The notes: a model not told the origin generated them from the letters alone. A DNA stretch of 64,000 bases from Candidatus Levyibacteriota bacterium (GCA_963716145.1 OY970292.1:533171-597170); one strand, 5' to 3'; shown: positions 29,527 through 39,816, numbered from the stretch's first letter. Numbers and translations are program-made.

Positions 29527-30198
29527 ATGTTCGGTAGATTTGAAAGAGCTGCTGTCTTAGCTGGAGCACCGTATGCTCCGGGATTGGCTCCGCACGTTGC
29601 TGAGGCCATGGATAGAAGATCTGAATTAGAAAGATTTAACCCAGCGATGTTTCAAGCAGGAGTTGAGTTAAGAGGCTTACTTGGAGAATGGGATGGAGTA
29701 TCACCAAGAGAAAAGGGAAACAATCTTTCTTTCCTGGACAGTGTAGGCAATATTTTCTTAGAAACTATATCAAAACAACCCTTCCTGCATGAAACAAAGC
29801 CAATAAGGAGAAAAACCAGGAAGAGACAACCTTGGCAGGTATTTAAAGCTGTAATTCTAAGAGGAAGTGCTCCCGAAGACCAAAATGCGTATCGCATATA
29901 TGACCACCTACATTTCCGTATGCGAGCAGGTGCATTAGTGCTAGAGCATAAACAAAAATCACCTGAAATATCCAACCTTCCTGGAGGAGTAAGTCAGAGG
30001 ATTGAATTCAGACCTTCTGAAATTAAAGATCGGTTTGGAAGATATTCGGGCGAATTCATTACAAATCCAACTTACACTACCCAAGGTAGTACTAATGGAT
30101 ATTCGTTTGGGAGACACTCTGTAAGTGGTCAAGAAGCGCAAAGAGCTGCTGGGCTTGCATATAGACTTGTCGAATCAGTTGCAGAAATTATCAAATAA
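29527..30198 (+). CDS. hypothetical protein
   Basis: 223-aa ORF with slightly elevated GC. Confidence 0.35.
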   Translation: MFGRFERAAVLAGAPYAPGLAPHVAEAMDRRSELERFNPAMFQAGVELRGLLGEWDGVSPREKGNNLSFLDSVGNIFLETISKQPFLHETKPIRRKTRKRQPWQVFKAVILRGSAPEDQNAYRIYDHLHFRMRAGALVLEHKQKSPEISNLPGGVSQRIEFRPSEIKDRFGRYSGEFITNPTYTTQGSTNGYSFGRHSVSGQEAQRAAGLAYRLVESVAEIIK

Positions 30199-30204
30199 TT
30201 TATT

Positions 30205-30771
30205 TTAGTGATAAATTCCTTTCAAATTCTCCCTTCCCCACTTCAGTGCTTTGGCCATCCAGATCAGTTCAGTATATGCTCTTTCAATCCGCTTAACATA
30301 AGCTTCGTCCAATAATTTTCCTTTCTCATCAAAAGTATTCTGAACTTGCGGAAAATAAACATCAGAAAAAGTAGATACTAGACCCATCTCCCTTACCGTT
30401 CTGACAAGCGCCTCAATCGCCCGGGCCCCTCCGAAAATCCCGTCCGATACTCCGGCGAAAGCAACCGGCTTATGGATGTAGTTTTTCAATTCCGAGTCAA
30501 GCATCCGTTTCAAAGTCCCCGGAAAACTGTGGTTGTATTCGGGCGTTACGATAAAAAATGCGTCAGCTTTTGCGGTAATGTCTGTGTAGCGGGGATCCTT
30601 GTTCTCAGGGTCATTGCCGTCAAAAGGGAATTTGTAATCCAGCGGATCAACTAATTGTACCTCAATCTCATCAATAGTTTTTCCCACTTTTTCAACAAGC
30701 TTTGCAGCATTAAAAGATCGGCGCTTGGGACGGGTCGTTCCAAGAAGAATCGGGATAAATAGCTTCTGCAT
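30205..30771 (-). CDS. NADPH-dependent FMN reductase family flavoprotein
   Basis: Flavodoxin-like fold pattern (LLGTTRP...FFIVTPEYNHSFPGTLKRMLD). Confidence 0.65.
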   Translation of the reverse strand: MQKLFIPILLGTTRPKRRSFNAAKLVEKVGKTIDEIEVQLVDPLDYKFPFDGNDPENKDPRYTDITAKADAFFIVTPEYNHSFPGTLKRMLDSELKNYIHKPVAFAGVSDGIFGGARAIEALVRTVREMGLVSTFSDVYFPQVQNTFDEKGKLLDEAYVKRIERAYTELIWMAKALKWGRENLKGIYH

Positions 30772-31019
30772 TATTTTTTGCGCTTCTTATTTCTTGCTTT
30801 TGAGGCTCCTGCTATAAAAGAAGACGCTATGTCAAAAACTTTTCTTGCGGGTCTGATCGCTACATCATTAATATCATCAAGCTTTGCCTGAATGTCATCG
30901 TGAATACTGGTGACCTTTTTCTTTATATAAAAAACGAGAACAATGAGACCTATCAAAAGAAGTAGGCTAAGCGACATAAAAATTATACCCAACAGATAAT
31001 ATGTGTCCTGCAAATTCAT
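30771..31019 (-). CDS. small membrane protein
   Basis: 82 aa with a single TM and a basic C-terminus. Confidence 0.3.
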   Translation of the reverse strand: MNLQDTYYLLGIIFMSLSLLLLIGLIVLVFYIKKKVTSIHDDIQAKLDDINDVAIRPARKVFDIASSFIAGASKARNKKRKK

Positions 31020-31058
31020 ATCGTTAGATTAACATAAAATTTAGCATTTGTCACCACT

Positions 31059-31733
31059 TTATTTAGACCGTACTTGAGATTTGAAATTTGAAATTGGTAA
31101 TTTCAGTATCAATCCCCCGCTTATCAGGCCCAATCCCGCCCCCAAAATTGCACCCCCTACCACATCCGTTGTCCAATGTTCACCCAGGTAAACACGGGAG
31201 ACAAACATCACAATGTTATAACATGTTATAACGCCGATGAATGTAAATTTTAAGATTGTGCTTAATTTTTTACTCTGAAATATTAACACAACCAAGATTA
31301 TTGAAATAAAAGCTGTCCTTCCAGCATGTCCTGAGGGATAAGAATTCTCAAGTCGCACATGAAATTGGGGGAAATCAATAATATGCTTTGTTCTTAACAT
31401 AAATTGTGGAGGGGGCGCATGATCGACAAAAAATTTTCCGTATATTTCAATCAAATGAAAACCAACGTATAATCCCAAACTAACAAATCCTGCCACTATT
31501 TTCCTTGCAAAAATCAATATCACAAGTAACGCAATCGTCATCACCTCAATTTTCCCAACATCGCTAAATGTTGAAAATATATTGTCCAGCCGCCTTGGAG
31601 TTTTGTCCTGAAGACGCACTGTTGTATTGAAATCAATCGCTGTAAAGTGATTTTTGTGGACTAAGTAAGAGAATAAAATAAAGAGGAAAAAAAGGGCAAC
31701 TCCTGCCAAAATCAAAATATACTTCCTGGACAT
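31059..31733 (-). CDS. PAP2-family phosphatase
   Basis: PSGH and SRVYLGEHWTTDVVGG motifs in a polytopic protein. Confidence 0.7.
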   Translation of the reverse strand: MSRKYILILAGVALFFLFILFSYLVHKNHFTAIDFNTTVRLQDKTPRRLDNIFSTFSDVGKIEVMTIALLVILIFARKIVAGFVSLGLYVGFHLIEIYGKFFVDHAPPPQFMLRTKHIIDFPQFHVRLENSYPSGHAGRTAFISIILVVLIFQSKKLSTILKFTFIGVITCYNIVMFVSRVYLGEHWTTDVVGGAILGAGLGLISGGLILKLPISNFKSQVRSK

Positions 31734-31803
31734 TTAATTAGTATAACAAAAATTCTTTAATTTAATTGTTCTTTGTGCGCACACAGAACGGAGAAAATAA
31801 ATA

Positions 31804-32685
31804 CTAGATCTTTAACTCTTTGAGGAATTTGCGAAAATCCGTACTGATATCTTCATGCTCCAGAGCAAACTGAACAACAGTCTTCATGTATTCCAATTTA
31901 TTCCCCGTATCATAATACTGACCATTTTCAATCTCACACGCATAGACCGGATAGCCTGTTTTGATAAGCTGATCAATTGCCTCAGGTAAATAAATTTCTC
32001 CACCTGTCCCCGGCTTTTGATTCTTCAGGATTCCAAAAATATCAGGAGGAAGAATGTATGCTCCGTGTGTCGCTAGATTGGACGGCGCCTTGTCAGGATG
32101 CGGTTTCTCAACTATTTTTTTGATTTTAAAAACATTCCCCTCGACCTCCTCAACCTCAGCAATTCCGTATCTTTTTAGATCCTCTTTATTCTCAATCCGA
32201 ACGCCGGATATCACAGCGCCGCCGAATTTTTCATGAACTTCCATCATCTGGGCAAGCCTGGGAGGAGTACTGTATATAAACTCATCTCCCCAAAGTACCG
32301 CAAAAAACTCATTATCAATAACGGGCTCTGCTGAAAGAACCGGAGTGCCGTTACCATACATTCCCTTTTGACGGATATAGATAAAATTGGCCATTTCGGA
32401 AATGGCTCTAGTATGAGCAAGAAGTTTGTCTTTGCCTCCGGCTTGCAGATTTTTGATAAGATCAGCATTGGGCGCGTCAAAATGATCTTCAATCGCCCGC
32501 TTAAGAGATCCGGTCACGATAATAATGTCTTCTACCCCTGAAGCAACTGCCTCTTCAACCACATATTGGATGACAGGCTTATCAACAATCGGGAGCATTT
32601 CCTTGGGCATCGCCTTTGTCTGAGGCAGGAACCGTGTCCCAAACCCGGCAGCGGGAATAACAGCTTTGCGGATCTTTTTTCGCAT
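31804..32685 (-). CDS. galU: UTP--glucose-1-phosphate uridylyltransferase
   Basis: AVIPAAGFGTRFLP.TKAMPKEMLPIVDKP motif. 293 aa. Confidence 0.85.
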   Translation of the reverse strand: MRKKIRKAVIPAAGFGTRFLPQTKAMPKEMLPIVDKPVIQYVVEEAVASGVEDIIIVTGSLKRAIEDHFDAPNADLIKNLQAGGKDKLLAHTRAISEMANFIYIRQKGMYGNGTPVLSAEPVIDNEFFAVLWGDEFIYSTPPRLAQMMEVHEKFGGAVISGVRIENKEDLKRYGIAEVEEVEGNVFKIKKIVEKPHPDKAPSNLATHGAYILPPDIFGILKNQKPGTGGEIYLPEAIDQLIKTGYPVYACEIENGQYYDTGNKLEYMKTVVQFALEHEDISTDFRKFLKELKI

Positions 32686-32731
32686 TATGCAGATATTATA
32701 ATATTAAATTTGGGGCTTTACAAGGACAATA

Positions 32732-33400
32732 TTATAGTATTGGTCTTCTTCTCTCTCTTTCCATTCTTCTTCGCACTTCTTCTCCTTCACCCCTACGTAA
32801 TCGTGTAACTGCTAGTCGTCCTCTCCGAACTGTGGGTATAACATCCGGTATTACAATGTCTGACAGTGTAATGGTGACTACTCTTGAATCTGACCCTCCG
32901 TTTCTTTCTGGTGAGATAGGCGATGTTTGCTCAGGAACTGCTGCTATTGCAGGTTTTACTTCCGATGGTTGGGTAACTCCTAAAGGCTTGTCTGCAATAG
33001 ATATAGTTGACATTTTTCCTCCCAAAACAACAGCTTCTGCAGGCCTCATATGCCTTTCTGCTGTAGGCTCTGGAACGGATAAATCAAGCTGTTTTGCTCG
33101 TGAAGAGGCGGCTCTTGCACGCCTTCTCCTTCTTTCCTCGCGGGCTGTTTCCCTAGCGGCGACTCTTGCACGCATTTCGGCACCCTCCATTGGGAGAACC
33201 ACTGCCGAGTTTGTTCGAACAGACGCAACGGTTTGTTTTGCGCGCCAAGCTGCTTCATCTCTAACTGAACGAGGCATAGGAGACGTAACAGTACCGCCTT
33301 CTACAGATAACCCTTGCCTTTTTCTAACCCGCGCCAGTGGCTCAATAGATGTTTCATCCGGAACGGGAACTCTTGATCTTCTTTCAACAAATAATGCCAT
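32732..33400 (-). CDS. Arg-rich low-complexity hypothetical protein
   Basis: 222-aa ORF (Arg/Ala/Glu-rich, RRRRRARAASSRAK) with AT-biased codons. The region is about 47% GC and open on both strands. Confidence 0.3.
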   Translation of the reverse strand: MALFVERRSRVPVPDETSIEPLARVRKRQGLSVEGGTVTSPMPRSVRDEAAWRAKQTVASVRTNSAVVLPMEGAEMRARVAARETAREERRRRRARAASSRAKQLDLSVPEPTAERHMRPAEAVVLGGKMSTISIADKPLGVTQPSEVKPAIAAVPEQTSPISPERNGGSDSRVVTITLSDIVIPDVIPTVRRGRLAVTRLRRGEGEEVRRRMERERRRPIL

Positions 33401-33815
33401 ATTTATTTTTAGTTACTTTTATTACCCTCTACCAGCATTTTAATACAAACTTTCATTTTGTCAAGAGATTAACGTGCCAACCACAACTATCGTGTAAGAA
33501 TTACAAATTAATTTCCTACCCTTATTCTAACTGCGGGACGACTTAAACGCCTTCTAACTTGATTTTCATACCTATTGTGATCCTGCTTTCCTCCCCTTTT
33601 CGTCCTCTCCGATTCCGCTGTTGGCGGAAGATAACCTCGATCTCTTATCCCTAAAGGTGTCCTTGCAAATCGTCTTTCTACCATACTTATTGTTACTTCT
33701 GATTTTGATTATATTTAAAAATTATTTTCAAATCAATATGCTTCTTTACACACTTGTGCAAGTTTGGTACAATTGCAATTAGTGTATCCGCTCGTTTGGG
33801 CGGATATTTGATAGA

Positions 33816-33998
33816 ATGAGTTCACCTGTTAAATTTTTACGAGAAACATATAGTGAGTTACGGCAGGTTATCTGGCCAACCAGAGATGAAGTTATAAGGC
33901 TTACTTTGGTCGTAATCACCATCAGCGTTCTTGTAGGACTATATATTGGAGCACTTGATTACGCATTTACTAGTTTGATGGGAATAATACTTAAGTAA
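33816..33998 (+). CDS. secE: preprotein translocase subunit SecE
   Basis: 60 aa with a single C-terminal TM and the ETYSELRQVIWPTRDEV motif. Directly upstream of nusG. Confidence 0.7.
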   Translation: MSSPVKFLRETYSELRQVIWPTRDEVIRLTLVVITISVLVGLYIGALDYAFTSLMGIILK

Positions 33999-34089
33999 TT
34001 TTCAATCAAATTACAATTACACAATTTTAAAATTGAAACATTGAAAATTCAATGAAAATTGAGAACTGAAAATTAAAAATTTAAAAACT

Positions 34090-34773
34090 ATGGATACAAC
34101 ACAAACAACCGATCCAAAAGAGAAAGAAGACAAGAAAGTTGAAGAAAAAGCAGAAGACGCAAAACCTGATGTTATTGATACATCCGGTATTGCAGGCGAT
34201 GCTTCGGCAGGCTCAGCACAAGGTGACAAAAAAATTGTAACTGTTCCTGATAACGCCAAGTGGTACATTCTACACACTTATGCAGGACATGAAAATAAAG
34301 TCGCGCGTTCCCTGAAGCAGAGAGCCGAGGCGATGAAGTTTGATGACAGGATTTTTGATATCATTGTCCCGACAAGAAATACCATCAAAGTCTCACAAGG
34401 CAAAAAAGAGACTATTCAGGAAAAGATCTTCCCTGGATATGTTCTGGTCCGTATGATTCTGGATGATGAATCATGGTTCATGGTAAGAAGCACTCAGGGA
34501 GTAACCAGTTTTATAGGAGCAGGAAATAAACCAACTCCTATTTCAGAAAAGGAAGTTGAGGCGATTCAGAAATTTATGAACCTTGATGAGCCTCTTTACA
34601 AAGTAGCCTTCGTGGTCGGTGAAGCAGTCAAAATCACAGACGGACCATTCGCGGAATTCCTGGGAACAATTGACAATATAGATGAAACAAGGGGAAAGTT
34701 GAAGGTGCTGGTAAGTATCTTTGGACGCGAAACACCGGTTGAATTAGACTTTTTACAGGTGAAGAAAATATAG
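34090..34773 (+). CDS. nusG: transcription termination/antitermination factor NusG (acidic N-terminal extension)
   Basis: NGN domain ([15 protein letters not shown]) and a C-terminal KOW. About 55 extra acidic residues at the N-terminus. Confidence 0.85.
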   Translation: MDTTQTTDPKEKEDKKVEEKAEDAKPDVIDTSGIAGDASAGSAQGDKKIVTVPDNAKWYILHTYAGHENKVARSLKQRAEAMKFDDRIFDIIVPTRNTIKVSQGKKETIQEKIFPGYVLVRMILDDESWFMVRSTQGVTSFIGAGNKPTPISEKEVEAIQKFMNLDEPLYKVAFVVGEAVKITDGPFAEFLGTIDNIDETRGKLKVLVSIFGRETPVELDFLQVKKI

Positions 34774-34775
34774 CT

Positions 34776-35060
34776 ATGAATTATACAAAAGAAATGCCTT
34801 CAAGAGCAGGTTCTAAGCAAGGAGTAATTAGAGCGTCTAGAGATAACCCTGGAAGCAAGGTTATTATAGAATGGAGTGTGGCCTTTGGAGGGGTTAGAAA
34901 AGCAGTAGGAGCAACAACTTTTAACCCTCGAGTATACACCGCAACAAGATCTTTGGATGGGACAATACCGGAAATAAGGGTAGTTGCTATTAACCCTGAT
35001 CACGCGCTTAAAAGGATTTCTTCTAAAAAATCAGCAGCAAGAAAAGTGGCATACGCATAG
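34776..35060 (+). CDS. small basic hypothetical protein inserted between nusG and rplK
   Basis: 94 aa with native codon usage. Starts 2 nt after the nusG stop. Confidence 0.45.
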   Translation: MNYTKEMPSRAGSKQGVIRASRDNPGSKVIIEWSVAFGGVRKAVGATTFNPRVYTATRSLDGTIPEIRVVAINPDHALKRISSKKSAARKVAYA

Positions 35061-35065
35061 AAGAT

Positions 35066-35488
35066 ATGGCTAAGAAAATAAAAACACTTATAAAAATCGC
35101 ACTACCAGCAGGAGGGGCAACACCAGCGCCACCTGTCGGAACGGCATTGGGTCCGCACGGACTCAATATCATGGAATTTGTTAAAGCTTACAATGACAAA
35201 ACAGCCGAGCTTAAAGGCAATGTCATTCCGGTTGTGATAACAGTATATGAAGACAGGACATTTTCCTTCATCACCAAAAAACCCCCTGTTGCTGAGATGA
35301 TCAAAAAAGCAATGAGCGTTGAAAAAGGATCCCAGAAGCCGGGACGTGAAAAAATCGGCAAACTTACTATGGATCAGGCAAGGAAAATCGCAGAGGACAA
35401 AATGGAAGATCTCAACACAACAGATGTCGAAATGGGAGCAAGAATAGTCGCCGGAACAGCAAGAAGTATGGGGATTGATGTTAATTAA
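35066..35488 (+). CDS. rplK: 50S ribosomal protein L11
   Basis: [34 protein letters not shown], the canonical L11 sequence. Confidence 0.9.
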   Translation: MAKKIKTLIKIALPAGGATPAPPVGTALGPHGLNIMEFVKAYNDKTAELKGNVIPVVITVYEDRTFSFITKKPPVAEMIKKAMSVEKGSQKPGREKIGKLTMDQARKIAEDKMEDLNTTDVEMGARIVAGTARSMGIDVN

Positions 35489-35557
35489 AAATGAAAACTA
35501 ATAACTTATTACTTATAACTTATAACTTGTCACTGTCGCGACTGAAGGGAGCGAACC

Positions 35558-36481
35558 GTGGGTAAAATAAGAGTTAAAACAATCGGAATTGAAGAAGACG
35601 AAAAAGATCAGAAGAAAAAGGCCAAAGCCAAAGCTGAAGCCAAGCGAATTGAAGCTGCAAAAAAACTCGGGGCAGATACAAAGGCGCAAGAGAGCAAAAG
35701 CGAAGAGGCGCAAAAACTTGCAAACACTGATACCGCAGATAAGTCCGCAAAAACACACGAAAGCAGTGACAGCGTAGTTCCGCGTTCGGTTTCGCGTAGT
35801 TCCGCGGACGAGAGCGAGGCGAAGTCTGCAAAAAAGCAGAGCAAATATAAAGCCAAAACCTCCAAAAAATCAAAACCTCATTCTAGCAATTACTTAACAA
35901 TGTCCAAACTTGTAGATAAAAATAAAAAGTACACAATTGACGAGGCATTGAAAATCCTAAATTCCGCCAACAAACTTAAATTCGATGAGACAATTGAGCT
36001 ACATATAAATACCAACGAAAAAGGCGTATCAGGGAATCTCACACTCCCCCACGGCACCGGCAAAAAAGCCAAAATTGAGATAGCAGATCATGCAACTGAC
36101 CCCAAACATCTTGAAGAACTAATCAAAAAAATCGAGGGCGGAAGTATTGATTTTGACATTCTCATCGCGACCCCTGATACGATGAGTCACTTGGCAAGAG
36201 TCGCGAGATTCCTAGGACCCAAGGGCTTGATGCCAAATCCCAAAAACGGAACGATAAGTCCCAAGCCTAAAGAAGCAATTAAAAAGTTTGAAGGCGGACA
36301 GATAAATTTCAAAACAGAAGCAAAAGCTCCTATCATCCATTTGAGCGTAGGTAAGCTTTCTTTTGGTGAAAAAGATCTGAATGCCAATATCACAACTGTT
36401 CTTCAAGCAGTCCAGACAAAAAATATAAAAAATGTAACTCTTAAATCAACAATGTCACCAGGTATTAAAATTTCTATTTAA
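35558..36481 (+). CDS. rplA: 50S ribosomal protein L1 with an approximately 114-aa Lys/Ala/Glu-rich N-terminal extension
   Basis: The canonical L1 domain begins at the in-frame Met at 35900 (MSKLVDKNKKYTIDEALKIL...GLMPNPKNGT). No stop lies between 35558 and 35900. Confidence 0.8.
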   Translation: MGKIRVKTIGIEEDEKDQKKKAKAKAEAKRIEAAKKLGADTKAQESKSEEAQKLANTDTADKSAKTHESSDSVVPRSVSRSSADESEAKSAKKQSKYKAKTSKKSKPHSSNYLTMSKLVDKNKKYTIDEALKILNSANKLKFDETIELHINTNEKGVSGNLTLPHGTGKKAKIEIADHATDPKHLEELIKKIEGGSIDFDILIATPDTMSHLARVARFLGPKGLMPNPKNGTISPKPKEAIKKFEGGQINFKTEAKAPIIHLSVGKLSFGEKDLNANITTVLQAVQTKNIKNVTLKSTMSPGIKISI

Positions 36482-36540
36482 TCTCTCCAAAATCCTCCAA
36501 CTTATTGACAACTCTTAGCTTTCTACGATAGAGTATTAAT

Positions 36541-36945
36541 GTGACTAATGGTAAAAAAATTATAATTGGCGGAATTTCTATCATCGCGCTGGTTATGCTT
36601 TTTGTCATTTTCGCGCCTTCATCATGGAAATTGCAAAAAAACAAACCATCCCTCAGCCCAACCCCCAACAATTGGCAGACCAATCCTTCAATTATTCCTG
36701 AATCAATGCAAGGCAAGGTTACTGCGTCTCTTTCAGCTGAATTAAAGGAGGTAGATAATTCAAATATTACAGGCGTTACAACATTTAAAGAAATTAATGG
36801 CAAGGTTTTTGTGGGGGTCGTACTTAAAGACGCATCGGCTGATACTGAATATCCGGCATATATCCATTACGGAACCTGTACTGAGCAAAAAGGTCCAAAT
36901 ATTCCCTCAGCCCGGTTGTCAAAGGAAAAACAGACAATTATATAA
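36541..36945 (+). CDS. small secreted protein, function unknown
   Basis: N-terminal TM or signal sequence. Faint beta-sandwich, SOD-like pattern (weak, not relied on). Confidence 0.35.
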   Translation: MTNGKKIIIGGISIIALVMLFVIFAPSSWKLQKNKPSLSPTPNNWQTNPSIIPESMQGKVTASLSAELKEVDNSNITGVTTFKEINGKVFVGVVLKDASADTEYPAYIHYGTCTEQKGPNIPSARLSKEKQTII

Positions 36946-37169
36946 ATACGACAGTTGCAGAATTTAAAAAAGAATTCCCGCTCTCTGTTAAAATCCACAA
37001 ATCTTCAGATGAGCAAGACGGATTGCTCAGCTGCGCTGATCTTAAATAATTCTGCGAAACCGCGTAGGCGGAAAAGCAGAACATCATTCGTATAAATGCT
37101 TTTTTCATTGATTTCCCGCTTTTTAAAATTTTGCTATACACCTAGCCTCAACAATCTGCATTGTGATAC

Positions 37170-37198
37170 TTGACATCTTATAGGGTATTTAATATACT
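37170..37198 (+). promoter_or_regulatory. near-consensus sigma70 promoter
   Basis: TTGACA, 17 nt, TATACT. Confidence 0.4.
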
Positions 37199-37750
37199 GT
37201 GTGGGATTCTTTGGAAGGTAAAGCTGAGAGTGCTTTTTTCGCGCTTTCACCCCAACCTTTTCCTGAAGAACGAAATCGGTAACTGAGATATGAAGGTCCA
37301 AACGCTGGACCAAATCATAACTCTTTTGCACTTTAAAAAACTAGGGATGTATTTTTTGCGTCCCGTAAGGATCATGAAATACTATGGACATCATCTATTA
37401 GCAGTTAAATGCTTTCAAATTTTTGTTGCGACCCATGCTCGCTTCTTCTCTTGTCCCGCGAAGCCTTTTGGCGAAGCGGGAAATCTCTCCGGTTATTTTC
37501 CTAAACTTTAAGCACTACTGTAATTTTGCTTATTTTTATAGGATAATTTATCGGAGAATTACATTCGGGATTGACATCCTACATTGGAGATAAATTATTT
37601 GTCTCCAGCGTTGGATGTCACATCCACCTAATTAGGGCAATTCTCACGGCGACCGCCGGCCCTAGCTTCCCCTAAAGGAGAGACTCGTCCTTACGACAAG
37701 GAGAGACTTTTTCGCAGGGAAAGTATGAGAGACAGACAAGGAGCAACACC

Positions 37751-38385
37751 ATGCAACGTCCATCCATCCGCCGAGGATTCGTGGCCGCTTTGGTCGCAAT
37801 TGGGATCGGTCTTACCACCGCCCCCGCCCCGGCGCTCGCCGACAACACCGACGTCAACGCCATCGTCGCCCAGGCCCGTGCCGACGCCACCACCCGTGTG
37901 GAAGCCGCTCTCGCAGCAGCCAACGCTCGTGTCGCAACCGTCGCCGCCCCGGCCCAGGCCGCCGACAACAACATCACGGCCACCCCGGCCAGCACCACCT
38001 CGGAGGCAACCGCCACCGAGTCCACCTACCAGGCACCCGCCGACACCGGCAACGCCAACAGCGGCACCGTCGAGGTCGCACCTGACCCCGTCGTCGCTTC
38101 GGCACCCGTCGTCGTCGAGGCAGCAGCTGTCGCTGTGGAGGCGCCGCCCCCGCCCCGGCCCTTGCCGTTTCGGCGCCTGTCGCACCCCTGGACTTCAACA
38201 TCCAGAACCCTGCCCAACCGGGGCAGAGGGTGCGCTTCGTGCGTTCCGAGGACGGGTCGTTCAGCGTGATCGCCACCAACAGGACCGGTTCGAACCAGTC
38301 CGCCCGCGTGTTCGCAGACCCCGTCTCGATCGGGATCGGCGTCCGCAACGGGAGCAAGAACTTCACCGGCGTCTTCAGCAGGTAG
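37751..38385 (+). pseudogene. high-GC (about 70%) Actinobacteria-like Ala/Pro-rich secreted protein gene, frameshifted
   Basis: AAGGAG ribosome-binding site 7 nt before the ATG. Signal peptide MQRPSIRRGFVAALVAIGIGLTTAPAPALA. GCC/GAC/ACC/GTC codon usage. The frame breaks in a C-run at about 38140-38165 and continues in another frame (DFNIQNPAQPGQRVRFVRSEDGSFSVIATN...) to the TAG at 38383-38385. Confidence 0.5.
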
Positions 38386-38958
38386 TCGCTTCACCAGGTG
38401 ATGCATCAAGGAAGGTTGACGGAATTTCTGTCTCAGGCCTCGGCTTGACTCAAGAGCTCGTCAGCTCCCCGCGATGCATCGCCTTTAGCTTTTAGCTTGC
38501 AAGGATGATCGTCCTCCTCCCTAGTTGGGAACTTTTTATGTGCCTAAAAAGCGCTAGTTCCCAACAGGGAGGGTGGATTCACTGATGTGGATTTTTCCTC
38601 GTAGAGGAGACATTTTCACATTTGTGATATTTTATTTTTTACGCGTTGCGGCTAAGCTGTTTCTGAGCAATTCGCGCTCCTTTTCACCGCTTACCGCGTA
38701 CCGTTACCCTATCCACCCTCCCTACTTCTATTTTGAGCCCCAATCAGACTTGGCGAAGCCTCGTTTGACGCGGGACTTAGAATAAAAGTATTTCATTATC
38801 TCAAAAATTACTCCTAAGCTCTGATTTATAACCACCATCTACTATCAGTACTTTGTTCCCGTTTGTAATTATTCTTATTTGCTTCTTAGCTGAAGATTTT
38901 TGACGTAGAAAAAACACCTTCATTGACATATAAGCTCCCCTATTTGTATAGTTAAATT

Positions 38959-39816
38959 GTGAGCAAAAAGTTTCTTCTAAACATTCTTACTGTTTCCATT
39001 TTATTTGTATCTGGTACCTTTTTGGTCTGGGCAGCAGCTAGCCCGAATGGGTGCGGAGGTAATGGCGGTACAGCCGGAGGCGTAGGCACCAAAGGATGCG
39101 ATAGCAGCTTCACAGGTTATAAAGGCGGCAACCCAGGCTCAGCAGGAGGAGGAAATGGGAATCCCGGTGGTAATGGATCTAATTTATCTGGGGATGCTGG
39201 TCAATATGGTGCTGGTGGGGGTGGGGGTGGAGGCGGAAGTGCTGGCGTTCGCGGTGGAAATGGAGGAATTGGTGGAAATTTTAATAACTTAGACGGTTTG
39301 GAGAGCGCTTCAGGCAACGGAGGACACGGAGGCTCGGGCGGTGCCTCTACTACCAATAGCGTCAGCGGTGGTGATGGTGGAACTGGAGGATTGGGAGGCA
39401 TTCTACAAAACGATAGCAACACCGGTAGCATAGGCGGAACGGGGGGTAATGGAGGGAAGGGAGGAGATACAGGCACAAGCGGGAGCGGAGCGGGTGTTGC
39501 CGGTGGTGCTGGAGGCGCCGGGGGAAATGGAGGAAATGTGTCAAAAGATACAGGGTTTGGTGTTACTACTTGGGGTAAGGGAGGAACTGGTGGCGTTGGG
39601 GGAAATGGAGGCGCTGGAGGCGATGCAAATGTGTCTGGGAACGGTGGTAATGGTGGTATAGGGGGAAAAGGAGGAAATGGTGGGAACGGAAAGACAAGTG
39701 GAGTTGGCTCCAACGGTGGGGTGGGGGGAAGTGGAGGAGATAGTTTTAGAGGGATTGGAGGAAACGGAGGAACCGGTGGAAATGGTGGCACTGGCTCAAC
39801 TGCAGGTACCCGGTAG
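38959..39816 (+). CDS. N-terminal segment of a giant surface protein: signal peptide plus Gly-rich (GGNGG/GGAGG) repeats
   Basis: TM or signal sequence MSKKFLLNILTVSILFVSGTFLVWA, then about 260 aa of GGxGG repeats. The Gly tract continues in other frames to about 40600. Confidence 0.5.
   Translation: MSKKFLLNILTVSILFVSGTFLVWAAASPNGCGGNGGTAGGVGTKGCDSSFTGYKGGNPGSAGGGNGNPGGNGSNLSGDAGQYGAGGGGGGGGSAGVRGGNGGIGGNFNNLDGLESASGNGGHGGSGGASTTNSVSGGDGGTGGLGGILQNDSNTGSIGGTGGNGGKGGDTGTSGSGAGVAGGAGGAGGNGGNVSKDTGFGVTTWGKGGTGGVGGNGGAGGDANVSGNGGNGGIGGKGGNGGNGKTSGVGSNGGVGGSGGDSFRGIGGNGGTGGNGGTGSTAGTR

Noticed and set aside
32832-33443. Plus-strand 203-aa ORF opposite the Arg-rich gene
   Set aside because: Its composition is less protein-like than the minus-strand frame, which has AT-biased codons and is followed by a second Arg-rich ORF. 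Neither strand is confirmed, so it is reported only at low confidence.
36541-36945. Cu/Zn superoxide dismutase identity for the small secreted protein
   Set aside because: There is only a vague beta-sandwich pattern. The metal-binding His cluster is missing and the protein is short.
37672-38409. Three long minus-strand ORFs and the frame-0 plus ORF 37725-38495 in the high-GC island
   Set aside because: 70% GC DNA lacks stop codons in most frames. Only the frame with a ribosome-binding site and signal peptide (37751 onward, then shifted) looks like protein.
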